The translations under genes were made by a program, and so were the position numbers. Of a DNA stretch of 64,000 nt, positions 8,852 through 17,356 are shown piece after piece (the first letter of the stretch is position 1; every line of letters starts with the position of its first letter). The notes beneath the pieces were generated by a model that saw nothing but the letters and a program-made list of their open reading frames with translations, made no database searches and was not told where the DNA came from. Location: positions 6,018 to 70,017 of the forward strand of contig JAFWYO010000137.1 of the NCBI GenBank assembly GCA_017517715.1, in the 5' to 3' direction. This stretch comes from Bacteroidales bacterium. GTDB taxonomy: Bacteria > Bacteroidota > Bacteroidia > Bacteroidales > P3.

Positions 8852-8940
8852 TCGTGTTGGGGATTCGTGTTTTGCGCGTTGTGGATTTTGGCTTTGCGTG
8901 TTGTGGATTCGGGTTTTGCGTGTTGTGGTTTTGTTTGGTG
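8852..8940. repeat. Tandem repeat of about 22-24 bp, about 4 copies (GTGTTGTGGATT..TTTGCG)
   Basis: Visible period in cgtgttggggattcgtgttttgcg / cgttgtggattttggctttgcg / tgttgtggattcgggttttgcg. Confidence 0.7.
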
Positions 8941-9038
8941 GTGGTCGGATGGGGTTGTGGGGGTGCGGCGAAATGTTAAAAATAGTCCGAAAGTGAAGAT
9001 TTCGGGGGTCGAAGGCTTGCGGATTTAGGTTTTTTTAG

Positions 9039-9046
9039 TATTTTTG
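9039..9046 (+). promoter_or_regulatory. -7 promoter box (TAnnTTTG) upstream of the alpha-oxoamine synthase gene
   Basis: TATTTTTG lies 84 nt upstream of the ATG at 9130. Confidence 0.4.
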
Positions 9047-9129
9047 CGTTTCGAAGTACCGCGCGCGCTAAGGCGTTAGCGGTTGTGAATGATAATGTTA
9101 CGCTGAAATCTAAATAAAAATTAAACAAT

Positions 9130-10395
9130 ATGAAGGATATTTTTGAAAGAATCAAAGAGTCGACCGGCGGTCCGCTGGGACAGTATCGCAAGCTGGCCGA
9201 TGGCTATTTCTATTTTCCGAAGCTCGAGGGCGAGCTGGGTCCCGAAATGACGTTCAACGGCAAGAAGGTGCTGAACTGGAGCCTGAACAACTACCTGGGT
9301 CTGGCCAACAACCCTGAGGTGCGCGCCGCCGACGAGGAGGGTGCCCGCCGCTGGGGCCTTGCCTATCCGATGGGAGCCCGTATGATGAGCGGCCATACCG
9401 CTCTGCACGAGGAGGTTGAGTCGATGCTGTGCCAGTACACGCACAAGAAGTACGGCTACCTGCTCAACTTCGGCTATCAGGGTCAGATTAGCATCCTCGA
9501 CACCATCGTCAGCCTGCGCGACGTCATCGTCTACGACAGTGAGGCCCACGCCTGCCTGATCGACGGTTTCCGCGTGACGGGTGCCAAGCGTTTCAAATAC
9601 CAGCACAACGACATCGAGAGCCTGCGCAAGCAGCTGACCCAGGCCACGGCGCTGGCCGAGAAGCAGGGCGGCGGCATCCTGGTGGCCACCGAGGGTGTGT
9701 ACGGTATGGAAGGCGACCTGGGCGCGCTGGACAAAATCGTTGCCCTGAAGAAAGAGTTCAACTTCCGCATCCTGATCGACGATGCCCACGGTATGGGCGT
9801 TATGGGTCCCGAAGGCCGCGGCACGCACACGCACTTCAACTGCGAGGACGAGATCGACCTCTATTTCTGCGCCTTCGCCAAGACGATGGCCATCATCGGC
9901 GGCTTCATCGGCTGCAACGACGAGGACATCATCACCTACCTGCGCTTCAATATGCGTTCGCAGATCTATGCCAAGAGCCTGCCGATGCCTATCGTTTGGG
10001 GCGTCAAGCGCCGTCTGGAAATCATCAACCAGCATCCCGAATACCGCGAGAAGCTGTGGGAGCTGTCGACCTACCTGCAGAAGTCGCTCCAGGCCGAGGG
10101 CCTGAACACGGGCGTCACCGAAAGCCCCATCACGCCGGTCTTCTTCCCGGGCGACGTGAACCAGGGCACCAACGTGGTTGTCGACCTGCGCGAAAACTAC
10201 GGCATATTCTGCTCCATCGTGGTCTATCCCGTGGTGCCGAAGGGCCAGATTATGCTGCGTATCATCCCCACGGCGGTCCACACTATGGAACACGCCAACC
10301 GCACCATCGAGGTGTTCCGCGAGGTGAAGAAAAAACTCGACGAAGGCGTCTACAACAAGCCGATGCCCGATATGCATATTATCAAACACAAATAA
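9130..10395 (+). CDS. Alpha-oxoamine synthase family PLP enzyme; candidate cysteate-C-fatty acyltransferase (CapnB/SulA-like) or serine palmitoyltransferase-like
   Basis: 421 aa with AONS/SPT family architecture. The PLP-lysine context is CAFAKTMAIIGGFIG and there is an HGMG motif. It sits next to a cysteate-synthase-like gene and an SDR. Confidence 0.75.
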   Translation: MKDIFERIKESTGGPLGQYRKLADGYFYFPKLEGELGPEMTFNGKKVLNWSLNNYLGLANNPEVRAADEEGARRWGLAYPMGARMMSGHTALHEEVESMLCQYTHKKYGYLLNFGYQGQISILDTIVSLRDVIVYDSEAHACLIDGFRVTGAKRFKYQHNDIESLRKQLTQATALAEKQGGGILVATEGVYGMEGDLGALDKIVALKKEFNFRILIDDAHGMGVMGPEGRGTHTHFNCEDEIDLYFCAFAKTMAIIGGFIGCNDEDIITYLRFNMRSQIYAKSLPMPIVWGVKRRLEIINQHPEYREKLWELSTYLQKSLQAEGLNTGVTESPITPVFFPGDVNQGTNVVVDLRENYGIFCSIVVYPVVPKGQIMLRIIPTAVHTMEHANRTIEVFREVKKKLDEGVYNKPMPDMHIIKHK

Positions 10396-10396
10396 T

Positions 10397-10543
10397 TAGG
10401 AACAAGAGAGTTGAAGGTTTTTTGGCTTTCAACTCTCATTATATTTTAGGAACAAGAAAGCTGAAGTTTTTCAACTTTCAACTATTAATTAGAGACAAGA
10501 GAACTGAGGTATTTTCAACTTTCAACTCTCAACTTTCAACTTT
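10397..10543 (+). repeat. Three tandem stem-loop units of about 45-50 bp, ending in a TCAACT(C/T) heptamer run
   Basis: The units start at TAGGAACAAGAGAG (10397), TAGGAACAAGAAAG (10447) and TAGAGACAAGAGAA (10490). Each forms a GAGAGTTGAAGG / CTTTCAACTCTC-type hairpin. Confidence 0.75.
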
Positions 10544-11767
10544 ATGAAATACCAGCTCAGATGCAAGAAATGTGGCAAGGTCATCGCCGACTTTGCCACT
10601 TGGTTTCGTCAGGACCAGAAGTGCGACTGCGGCAGCGGATATGCCGAGGTGGAATACCTGGAGCCGCTGCACGCCCCCGCCGAAAAGCCTGCAACCGACT
10701 CGTACCAAGACTATTACTTCGATATGCTGCCCATCGCCGACCGCCAGAATGTGGTCAGTTTTGGTGAGGGCCTGATTCCCATCGAAAGGTGGGACAACCT
10801 GGAAGCATACGCCAAAGGTAAAGGCGTTGATTGCAAGGTGTTTGTCTATCGTAACGACCTGAACCGCGGCAGCGGCTCGTTCAAGGATATCAGCGCGGCG
10901 CTGGCCGCCACGGTGCTGAAGGAGAATGGCGTCAAGGAATACTGCCTGGCCTCGACGGGCAACTCCGGCGTGGCTTTTGCCACCTACAGCGCCAAGGCTG
11001 GCATCCGCTTCACCGAGTTTGCGCCCAACTGCATCGACCCCGCCACGGTCGAGGCCATCCGCAAGGTGGGCCAGCCCGTGGTCGTCTCGGCCGGCGGCTA
11101 CGGCGCCGCCAAGGAGGAGGCTGCCAACTATCACAAAACCAACAATGTACTGATTAGTGGCGGCAACACCGACCCGCTGCGCATCGAGTCGAAGCGTCTG
11201 GTGGTGTTCGAGTGTCTGCGCCAGATGGGCCAGCTGCCCACGGTCTATATGCAGGCTGTGGCCGGCGGCACGTCGCCCCTGGCTTTCGAGAAGGGCTTCC
11301 GCGACCTGCAGGCTATGGCTGGCGACAAGGCTGGCGACTACCAGCTGCCGCGTATGCTGCTGGTGCAGCAGGACGAGTGCGACCCGATGGTGACGGCCTG
11401 GGAGAAGGCCACCGCTGCCGGGTTCCCCGCAGGGTGGGAGCAGCAGTACGAGGCCAAGAAGGACCTCAAGACCCGCATCGGCATCCTGACGGCTGCCAAT
11501 CCGGGCAACTATCCGCTGGTGGCTCCGCTGGTTAAGCGTTCGGGTGGTACCTTCATCCGCGTCAAGGAGGCCGAGCTGCCCCGCTACGGCAAGGAGATGA
11601 AGGCCAGCCGCGGAGTGCTGATGGGCCCCGCCTCTATGGTGTGCTATGCCGGATTCTTCCAAGCTGTGGACTGCGGCGAGATCAAGAGCGGCGACGTCGT
11701 GCTGCTCAACACCGGCGAGGGCTGCGACCGCGCCCAGTGGTTCAGGGAGTTGGTGGAAGAGAATTAG
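10544..11767 (+). CDS. Threonine-synthase-like PLP enzyme; candidate cysteate synthase (CapnA-like)
   Basis: 407 aa with an N-terminal zinc-ribbon-like CKKCG...CDCG. The PLP-lysine motif is GSGSFKDISAAL, followed by ASTGNSG. It lies between the AOS and SDR genes. Confidence 0.65.
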   Translation: MKYQLRCKKCGKVIADFATWFRQDQKCDCGSGYAEVEYLEPLHAPAEKPATDSYQDYYFDMLPIADRQNVVSFGEGLIPIERWDNLEAYAKGKGVDCKVFVYRNDLNRGSGSFKDISAALAATVLKENGVKEYCLASTGNSGVAFATYSAKAGIRFTEFAPNCIDPATVEAIRKVGQPVVVSAGGYGAAKEEAANYHKTNNVLISGGNTDPLRIESKRLVVFECLRQMGQLPTVYMQAVAGGTSPLAFEKGFRDLQAMAGDKAGDYQLPRMLLVQQDECDPMVTAWEKATAAGFPAGWEQQYEAKKDLKTRIGILTAANPGNYPLVAPLVKRSGGTFIRVKEAELPRYGKEMKASRGVLMGPASMVCYAGFFQAVDCGEIKSGDVVLLNTGEGCDRAQWFRELVEEN

Positions 11768-11801
11768 TCAAGACTAGTATGACTAGTTAAACTAGAATAA
11801 A

Positions 11802-12602
11802 ATGAAGAAATTCGAAAACAAAACTGTTTGGATTACAGGCTCATCGTCGGGCATTGGCGAGGCTACGGCCTATCGTTTTGCCCAGGAGGGTGCAAAGGTG
11901 ATTGTCACCGCCCTTGAGGCCGACCTGCTCGAAAAGGTAGTGGCCCGCTGCAAGGAGCTCGGCGCTCCTGATGCGGCGGCGCTGCCCTTCGACCTGTCGG
12001 ACAGCGACGGGCTCGACGCCCTTGCCGAGCAGGCGTGGAACCGTTTTGGCGGCATCGACATCCTGTACAACAATGCCGGCATCAGCCAGCGCGGCACCAC
12101 CGTCGAGACCGAGATGCGCGTCATCCGCAAGGTGATGGACATCGACTATTTCGCCCCCGTAATCCTGACCAAGAATATCCTGCCGCGGATGATAGAACGG
12201 GGTGGGGGACAGCTGGTTGTGACCACCAGCATCGCGGGTCGTTTCGGCTTCCCGCTGCGGTGCGCCTACAGCTCGGCCAAGCACGCCCTGTATGGCTTTT
12301 TCGAGACCGTCCAGGCCGAGACCTACGACCAGAACATCCGCGTCACCATCGTCTGTCCAGGCCGCGTGCAGACCAACATTTCGAAGTACGCCCTCGAAAA
12401 GGACGGCCGCCAGCACGGCAAGATGGATGCCGGCCAGGCCGGTGGCGTCACGCCGCAAAAGGCTGCCGACAAAATCGTCAAGGCTGTCTATAAGAAGAAA
12501 CGCGAAGTCCTTGTGGGCCGCTACGAGCTGCTGATGGCCTACATCAAGCAGTTCTTCCCCGGTTTGGCCGCACGTCTTGCAAGAAAGATTAAACCAATGT
12601 AA
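11802..12602 (+). CDS. Short-chain dehydrogenase/reductase; candidate 3-dehydrocapnine reductase (CapnC-like)
   Basis: Has the TGSSSGIGEATA cofactor motif, NNAG, and the YSSAKHAL catalytic YxxxK. Length is 266 aa. Confidence 0.7.
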   Translation: MKKFENKTVWITGSSSGIGEATAYRFAQEGAKVIVTALEADLLEKVVARCKELGAPDAAALPFDLSDSDGLDALAEQAWNRFGGIDILYNNAGISQRGTTVETEMRVIRKVMDIDYFAPVILTKNILPRMIERGGGQLVVTTSIAGRFGFPLRCAYSSAKHALYGFFETVQAETYDQNIRVTIVCPGRVQTNISKYALEKDGRQHGKMDAGQAGGVTPQKAADKIVKAVYKKKREVLVGRYELLMAYIKQFFPGLAARLARKIKPM

Positions 12603-12626
12603 ACTAATTATTTAATACTCTAAAAA

Positions 12627-13259
12627 ATGAAAAAAACTTTAATTCTGACTGCTCTGCTGTGCGTGGCTGCCGTGTGTGGCGCACAGGAATCGAAAGGCAG
12701 CTTTATGACCGAAGCCGGTCTTGGTTTCTCCAAGTTTGGTAACTATGCACCCGTGTCGGCTTTTGTCGACCCCACTGAATCCTATAGTATGATTCCTTCG
12801 GAACACATCACGCTGGGCTATCGTTTTAAGAACAACGCTTTTGTCGGCCTCACCATCGGTTCGCGTGGTGGCAACACCTCGTTCCGCGAGCTGGACGAGA
12901 ATTTCTTCGACCTCGACATTATGGCAGACTTCCGTGACTATGTTCCTCTTGGTAACCGTTTTGAACTGGAAACTGGTGTCGCTTTGGGAGTGCTGTTCCA
13001 CGGTAGTGGATACGAATTTGCCGGCAATATTGAATCTGCCGCACGTTTTGGTTTCTGCTGCAACTTCGAGATGGGCATCAACTACAAAAGCAGCAAGCAT
13101 ACCTTCGTGGGTTTGCACGCACAGCTGCCTTATTATGCCAACATTGGCAGCGAACCTGCGGAACTGCCTGCTGACCTTACCGCTTTAGGCTATACTGCCA
13201 CCGACGCACCGCAAATGACTGGATGCAGCATCCAGTTTACCTTCGGCATCCGCTTCTAA
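12627..13259 (+). CDS. Small outer-membrane beta-barrel protein (porin-family-like)
   Basis: Signal peptide MKKTLILTALLCVAAVCGAQ, an alternating beta-strand pattern and a C-terminal Phe (FGIRF). Confidence 0.6.
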   Translation: MKKTLILTALLCVAAVCGAQESKGSFMTEAGLGFSKFGNYAPVSAFVDPTESYSMIPSEHITLGYRFKNNAFVGLTIGSRGGNTSFRELDENFFDLDIMADFRDYVPLGNRFELETGVALGVLFHGSGYEFAGNIESAARFGFCCNFEMGINYKSSKHTFVGLHAQLPYYANIGSEPAELPADLTALGYTATDAPQMTGCSIQFTFGIRF

Positions 13260-13284
13260 AAGAAACGAACATACAATAACGAGA

Positions 13285-13318
13285 GAACCCCATACTTGCC
13301 GTGTGGGGTTCTTTTGTT
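13285..13318. terminator. Bidirectional terminator hairpin between convergent genes
   Basis: GAACCCCA (13285-13292) pairs with TGGGGTTC (13304-13311), followed by a T-run. Confidence 0.65.
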
Positions 13319-13331
13319 TTGTAGATTCTTG

Positions 13332-14339
13332 TTACTCTGAGTAATGTGCATCGATCTGGTCGAGGATGGCCAGCACCTCATCGAGGGTGGTGACGCTGAC
13401 CAGAGGGATGCGGAACCGCTTGAAGTCGAAGAGGCCGCGGAAATAGGCGCCGTAGTGCTTGCGCATCTCGAAGATGGCCTGGCGTTCGCCCTTGAAGTCG
13501 ACGGCGGCGAGCAGGTGCTCGCGACAGACGGCAACACGGTCATAAACGGAAAGCGGAAAGCGGAAAGCGGAAAGCGGAGAGGGCGAAGTGGAATTATCTG
13601 AATTCATCAGCTCTTTTGTCTGCTCGAAAATCCAGGGGTTGCCGATGGCGGCGCGGCCGATGAGGATGCCGTCGACGCCATAGCGTTGGCGAGCCTCTAT
13701 GGCCTGCTGCGGTGTGGTGATGTCGCCGTTGCCGAAGACGGGTATGTGCAGGCGCGGGTTGGCTTTGGTTTCGCCGATGAGCGTCCAGTCGGCCTCGCCG
13801 CGATACATCTGCGACTTGGTGCGGCCGTGGATGCTCAGGGCCGCGATGCCCACGTCCTGCAGTTGCTCGGCAAGGGTGACGATGATCTTGCTGTTTTCGT
13901 CGTAGCCCAGACGTGTCTTGACGGTGACGGGCAGGGGCGAGCGCTTGACGAGTGCTGCGGCAATAGCCACCAGTTTTTCAGGCTCTTTCAGCATTCCCGA
14001 GCCGGCACCCTTGCCAGCCACTTTGCGCACCGGGCAGCCCCAGTTGATGTCGATAAAGTCCGGCCGGGCGTCGGCCACCACGTCGATGCAGCGCAGCAGC
14101 GAATCCTCGTCGTTGCCGAACACCTGTATGCCGATGGGGCGTTCAAATTCGGCAAAAAGCATCTTGCGGCGGCTCTTCTCGGCGTCGCGGATCAGGGCTT
14201 CGCTGGCGATGAACTCGCTGATGAGCACGTCGGCCCCGTGCCGCTTGCAGAGCTGACGGAACGGCAGGTCGGTGATGTCGTCCATCGGCGACAAAAACAG
14301 CGGGAATTCGCCAACTTCTATGTTGCCTATTTTTGCCAT
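13332..14339 (-). CDS. dusB: tRNA-dihydrouridine synthase
   Basis: LSPMDDITDLPFRQLC, DINWGCP and HGRT are Dus family motifs. Length is 335 aa, including an atypical repeat-encoded segment. Confidence 0.88.
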   Translation of the reverse strand: MAKIGNIEVGEFPLFLSPMDDITDLPFRQLCKRHGADVLISEFIASEALIRDAEKSRRKMLFAEFERPIGIQVFGNDEDSLLRCIDVVADARPDFIDINWGCPVRKVAGKGAGSGMLKEPEKLVAIAAALVKRSPLPVTVKTRLGYDENSKIIVTLAEQLQDVGIAALSIHGRTKSQMYRGEADWTLIGETKANPRLHIPVFGNGDITTPQQAIEARQRYGVDGILIGRAAIGNPWIFEQTKELMNSDNSTSPSPLSAFRFPLSVYDRVAVCREHLLAAVDFKGERQAIFEMRKHYGAYFRGLFDFKRFRIPLVSVTTLDEVLAILDQIDAHYSE

Positions 14340-14399
14340 CTACAATATTTTGCGTTGCTTTGCGTTATCGTGAAAACGAATGCAAAGATAACAAAAAAT

Positions 14400-14864
14400 A
14401 TGGAAAGAACGCAAACCATACATTATCAAGAATATAAACTTGCCGAACTGAATGCTGCCGACCGCCAGCTGATGGAATCTGCCATAGAGGCGGCCGACAC
14501 CGCCTACGCACCCTATTCCAACTTCTACGTTGGTGCCGCGCTGCGCTTGGCCGACGGCACCATCGTCAAGGGCAGCAACCAGGAGAACATAGCCTATCCC
14601 AGCGGACTTTGTGCCGAGCGCACGGCGTTGTTTGCAGCTTCAGCCCAGCATCCGGGCGTTGCTGTCGAGGCGTTGGCCATCGTGGGCCGCAATCCTGAGG
14701 GTATGCTTACGGCCGCCAGCCCCTGCGGCGCCTGCCGCCAGGTTATGGCCGAGCAGGAAGGCCGTCAGGAGAACAAACTGCGAGTTTTGTGCTATCATTC
14801 AAACGACAAAATACTTGTATTTGAGGGTGTCGAATCGCTTTTGCCATTTATTTTCACTATGTGA
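14400..14864 (+). CDS. cdd: Cytidine deaminase
   Basis: I chose the ATG at 14400 (MERTQTIHYQEY). Zinc motifs are CAERTALF and PCGACRQ. The longer track ORF starting at 13686 is antisense to dusB. Confidence 0.85.
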   Translation: MERTQTIHYQEYKLAELNAADRQLMESAIEAADTAYAPYSNFYVGAALRLADGTIVKGSNQENIAYPSGLCAERTALFAASAQHPGVAVEALAIVGRNPEGMLTAASPCGACRQVMAEQEGRQENKLRVLCYHSNDKILVFEGVESLLPFIFTM

Positions 14865-14966
14865 AAAGAAACTTGCTGCTTGCTGTAAACGCCTGAGACA
14901 TAGCGTTGTATTAATTATAGTATAAAAAGTTTTTGAATAAAAGTTTGCTATACTGAATTTTCTTTG

Positions 14967-14974
14967 TACTTTTG
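14967..14974 (+). promoter_or_regulatory. -7 box TACTTTTG with TTTG -33-like element (14944-14947), upstream of the ppiD-like gene
   Basis: Matches TAnnTTTG 66 nt upstream of the ATG at 15040. The TTTG element lies about 20 nt further upstream. Confidence 0.5.
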
Positions 14975-15039
14975 CAAACTTGTTTGAGGCCAATTGCGCC
15001 TCCTTATAACTATGTAAAATTATAAAAATACAATAACAA

Positions 15040-17169
15040 ATGGGAATTATTGGAAACATTAGAAAACATTCGTGGATAGCAGTTACCATTGTGGGTATAG
15101 CTATCATTGCTTTTATCATCGGCGACCTTCAGAAGAACCGTAACCAGGAGGCTTTTGCCAAGCTGGACGGCGACGAGGTGACCTACGACTATTTCAACAG
15201 CCGTGTGCTGCAGCGCGAGCAGGACTACAATATGCGCGGCAACAGCAACTACGCCTTCAAAGAGAGTGTTTGGCAGGAAATCGTGCAGGAACGCCTTCTT
15301 GACAAGGAAATGAACGCATTGGGCGTTGTCGTCACCGATGCAGAGGTCAGTGATATGTACGTCGGCCGCTTCATCCATCCGTCATTGCAGCAGCAGTTCA
15401 CCAACCAGCAGACCGGCCAGTACGACCGTCAGGGTATCAGCAATTATGTGCGCCAGATAGAGAGTATGCCCGACACGATGGAAGCCAAAATCCAGTGGCT
15501 GAAATTCCAGGAGCAGGTGCGTGAAGACCGTCAGAGAACCAAGTATATTGCTATGCTCCAGAACGGTATGTATATGCCCAAGGCCATTGCTGCCAAGATA
15601 GCCGAAATGAGCGCCAAGCAGTCCGATGTTCGCGTGGCAGCTATGCTTTATTCGCAGAACAGCGACATCCAGATCGAGCTGACCGATGCCGACTATCAGA
15701 AATATTTCGACACCCATAAGAAAGAGCTGAACCGCGACGTTTTCCGTATGGACAACCGCGAACAGCGTGAAGCTGCCTATGCTGTCTTCACTGCCCAGCC
15801 CTCGCAGAAAGACATTGCCGAAATAGAATCGGAAGTCAACAGCTGGTGGAGCGAAATGCAGACAATGGACGAGAAAGGTATTATCGATTTCGTCAATATG
15901 CACGGCGGCTACGACTCGATGTTTGTCAGTAGCGATGTTTTCGCCACCCCGCTCGACTCGATTATCAAGGCTTCGCATTCGGGTGCCGACATTGCCCCGA
16001 TCGTTGTCCAGGCTATGACTCGCGACGGCTACAACCGTCACACCTATGGCGAATACGTTATGGGCAAGGTGCTCAAGACCGAGATGCGCCCCGACAGCTT
16101 GCGCATTTCCCTGATTCTTATCCCTTCGCAGAACTATCACCAGAGCATCACCCGCACCCCTGAACAGGCTGCCCACCTGCGCGACAGCGCTATGGCCAGC
16201 ATTAAGGCCGGTATGCCTTTCGAGGCTGCCGTTGCCGCTTTCTCGATCGATTCCACCAATGGCGGCGACCAGGATTGGCAGCTCGACGGTGCCTATGGCA
16301 TCCTGAACGAAGATGTCGTGCACCACAACGTTGGCGACGTGTTCGACAAAGAACTGCCCAACAAGGCCGGCTATTTCATCGTCAAAGTTACTGGCAAGAC
16401 TGCCAACAAGATGAAATACCGTGTTGCTTTGGCCCAGAAGGTCATCACCCCCAGCACCGACACCGAGAAGGATGTCCGCGACCGCGCCAACCAGTTCGCC
16501 AGCCAGTTCTCGACCTGCCAGGCTATGATTGAAGGCGCTCAGGCCCAGAACATCCAGATGCGCAATGCCCTGCTTACGTCGATGAGCGACTCGCTGGCCG
16601 GATTCTCCAACACCCGCGATGCCGTCCGCTGGTTATTCAACGAAAAGACCGTTGCCGGTTCTGTCAGCGGCGAAATTTACAACTCGGACTACAGCTACAT
16701 CGTTTGCGGATTGCGCGAGGTGTATGTCCCCAACAAGCTGACCCTCGACCAGGCTCGTCCGCTGATTGAAAACCGCCTGCGCATTGAAAAACTGGGCGAA
16801 CAGCTCGCTGCAAAAGCCGAGGACGCTGCCAATGGAACCAGCGACATCAACGCCATTGCCGCCAAGCTGAACGTCAGCGTCGATACTGTTGCCGGCGTCA
16901 CCTTCGGCAGCTATCTGGGCCGTAACGGTATGGAGCCCAAGGCAACATCGGCCATCGCCGCCAAGAAAGACACCGGTATCATAGGCCCTGTCCAGGGTGC
17001 CAATGGAGTGTATGTCATCAGCGTCGACAGCAACACCCAAGCCGAGGCCAACGATGCCGAGAACATCCGCCAGCGCTACGAAAACGCCGGTATGAACGCT
17101 CTCAACTACTTGATCCCCGTGTTGCAGAACCGTATCAAGATAGTCGACAACAGACTTATGTATCTCTAA
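15040..17169 (+). CDS. PpiD/SurA-like periplasmic chaperone, peptidyl-prolyl isomerase family
   Basis: 709 aa with an N-terminal membrane anchor, MGIIGNIRKHSWIAVTIVGIAIIAFIIGDL, typical of PpiD-like proteins. Confidence 0.75.
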   Translation: MGIIGNIRKHSWIAVTIVGIAIIAFIIGDLQKNRNQEAFAKLDGDEVTYDYFNSRVLQREQDYNMRGNSNYAFKESVWQEIVQERLLDKEMNALGVVVTDAEVSDMYVGRFIHPSLQQQFTNQQTGQYDRQGISNYVRQIESMPDTMEAKIQWLKFQEQVREDRQRTKYIAMLQNGMYMPKAIAAKIAEMSAKQSDVRVAAMLYSQNSDIQIELTDADYQKYFDTHKKELNRDVFRMDNREQREAAYAVFTAQPSQKDIAEIESEVNSWWSEMQTMDEKGIIDFVNMHGGYDSMFVSSDVFATPLDSIIKASHSGADIAPIVVQAMTRDGYNRHTYGEYVMGKVLKTEMRPDSLRISLILIPSQNYHQSITRTPEQAAHLRDSAMASIKAGMPFEAAVAAFSIDSTNGGDQDWQLDGAYGILNEDVVHHNVGDVFDKELPNKAGYFIVKVTGKTANKMKYRVALAQKVITPSTDTEKDVRDRANQFASQFSTCQAMIEGAQAQNIQMRNALLTSMSDSLAGFSNTRDAVRWLFNEKTVAGSVSGEIYNSDYSYIVCGLREVYVPNKLTLDQARPLIENRLRIEKLGEQLAAKAEDAANGTSDINAIAAKLNVSVDTVAGVTFGSYLGRNGMEPKATSAIAAKKDTGIIGPVQGANGVYVISVDSNTQAEANDAENIRQRYENAGMNALNYLIPVLQNRIKIVDNRLMYL

Positions 17170-17249
17170 GATATTGCACAGTGAGTTGCGCCAGGCGGCC
17201 GGGACGATGTTCCCCAGACAGTCGCGGGTCGCAATCCACGAAACAACAA

Positions 17250-17281
17250 GGCGGTGTATAAAATTTTGCACCGCTTTTTTT
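17250..17281 (+). terminator. Rho-independent terminator after the ppiD-like gene
   Basis: GCGGTG / CACCGC stem followed by T7. Confidence 0.6.
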
Positions 17282-17356
17282 AACGGAAACAAACAATGTC
17301 GCTAAAAGGAAAGATATCAGGGTTTTTTTGCCGGAATCAAACGCTTCTTCCTGCGT

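Noticed and set aside
8186-9028. Small ORFs in the 8.2-9.0 kb region (8186-8428, 8242-8442, 8391-8657, 8425-8679, 8567-9028, 8578-8979, 8793-8996).
   Set aside because: They are read straight through tandem repeats, so the translations are repetitive. They overlap one another in several frames and have no start signals.
7752-9120. Search for tmRNA (ssrA) near smpB, and for tRNA, RNase P or rRNA anywhere in the non-coding gaps.
   Set aside because: I found no tag-peptide reading frame ending in ALAA-stop, no GGTTCGAATCC-type T-arm, and no RNase P or rRNA signature strings in any intergenic region I inspected.
9121-10389. Very long antisense ORFs opposite well-supported genes. Examples are 9121-10389(-), 10529-11662(-), 15382-16326(-), 18968-20365(-), 20379-21392(-), 23618-24631(-), 24816-26246(-), 30246-32045(+), 32893-34065(+), 34456-35364(-), 45616-46779(+), 47495-49513(-) and 61341-62495(-).
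   Set aside because: Each lies opposite a gene with clear family motifs. Their translations are Arg/Ala/Gly/His/Val-rich low-information sequence, typical of shadow ORFs in GC-rich coding DNA. None has start context or recognisable domains.
13686-14399. N-terminal 238 codons of the 392-aa track ORF 13686-14864.
   Set aside because: This part is antisense to dusB and has no recognisable domain. Cytidine deaminase begins at the internal ATG at 14400, which gives a normal-length protein.
17170-17249. Possible SRP (4.5S) or other small RNA in the GC-rich stretch after the ppiD-like gene (GCGCCAGGCGGCCGGGACGATGTTCCCC...).
   Set aside because: I could not find the conserved SRP domain IV motifs (GGAA tetraloop context, AGCAGC). 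It is more simply read as a 3' UTR ahead of the terminator at 17250-17281.
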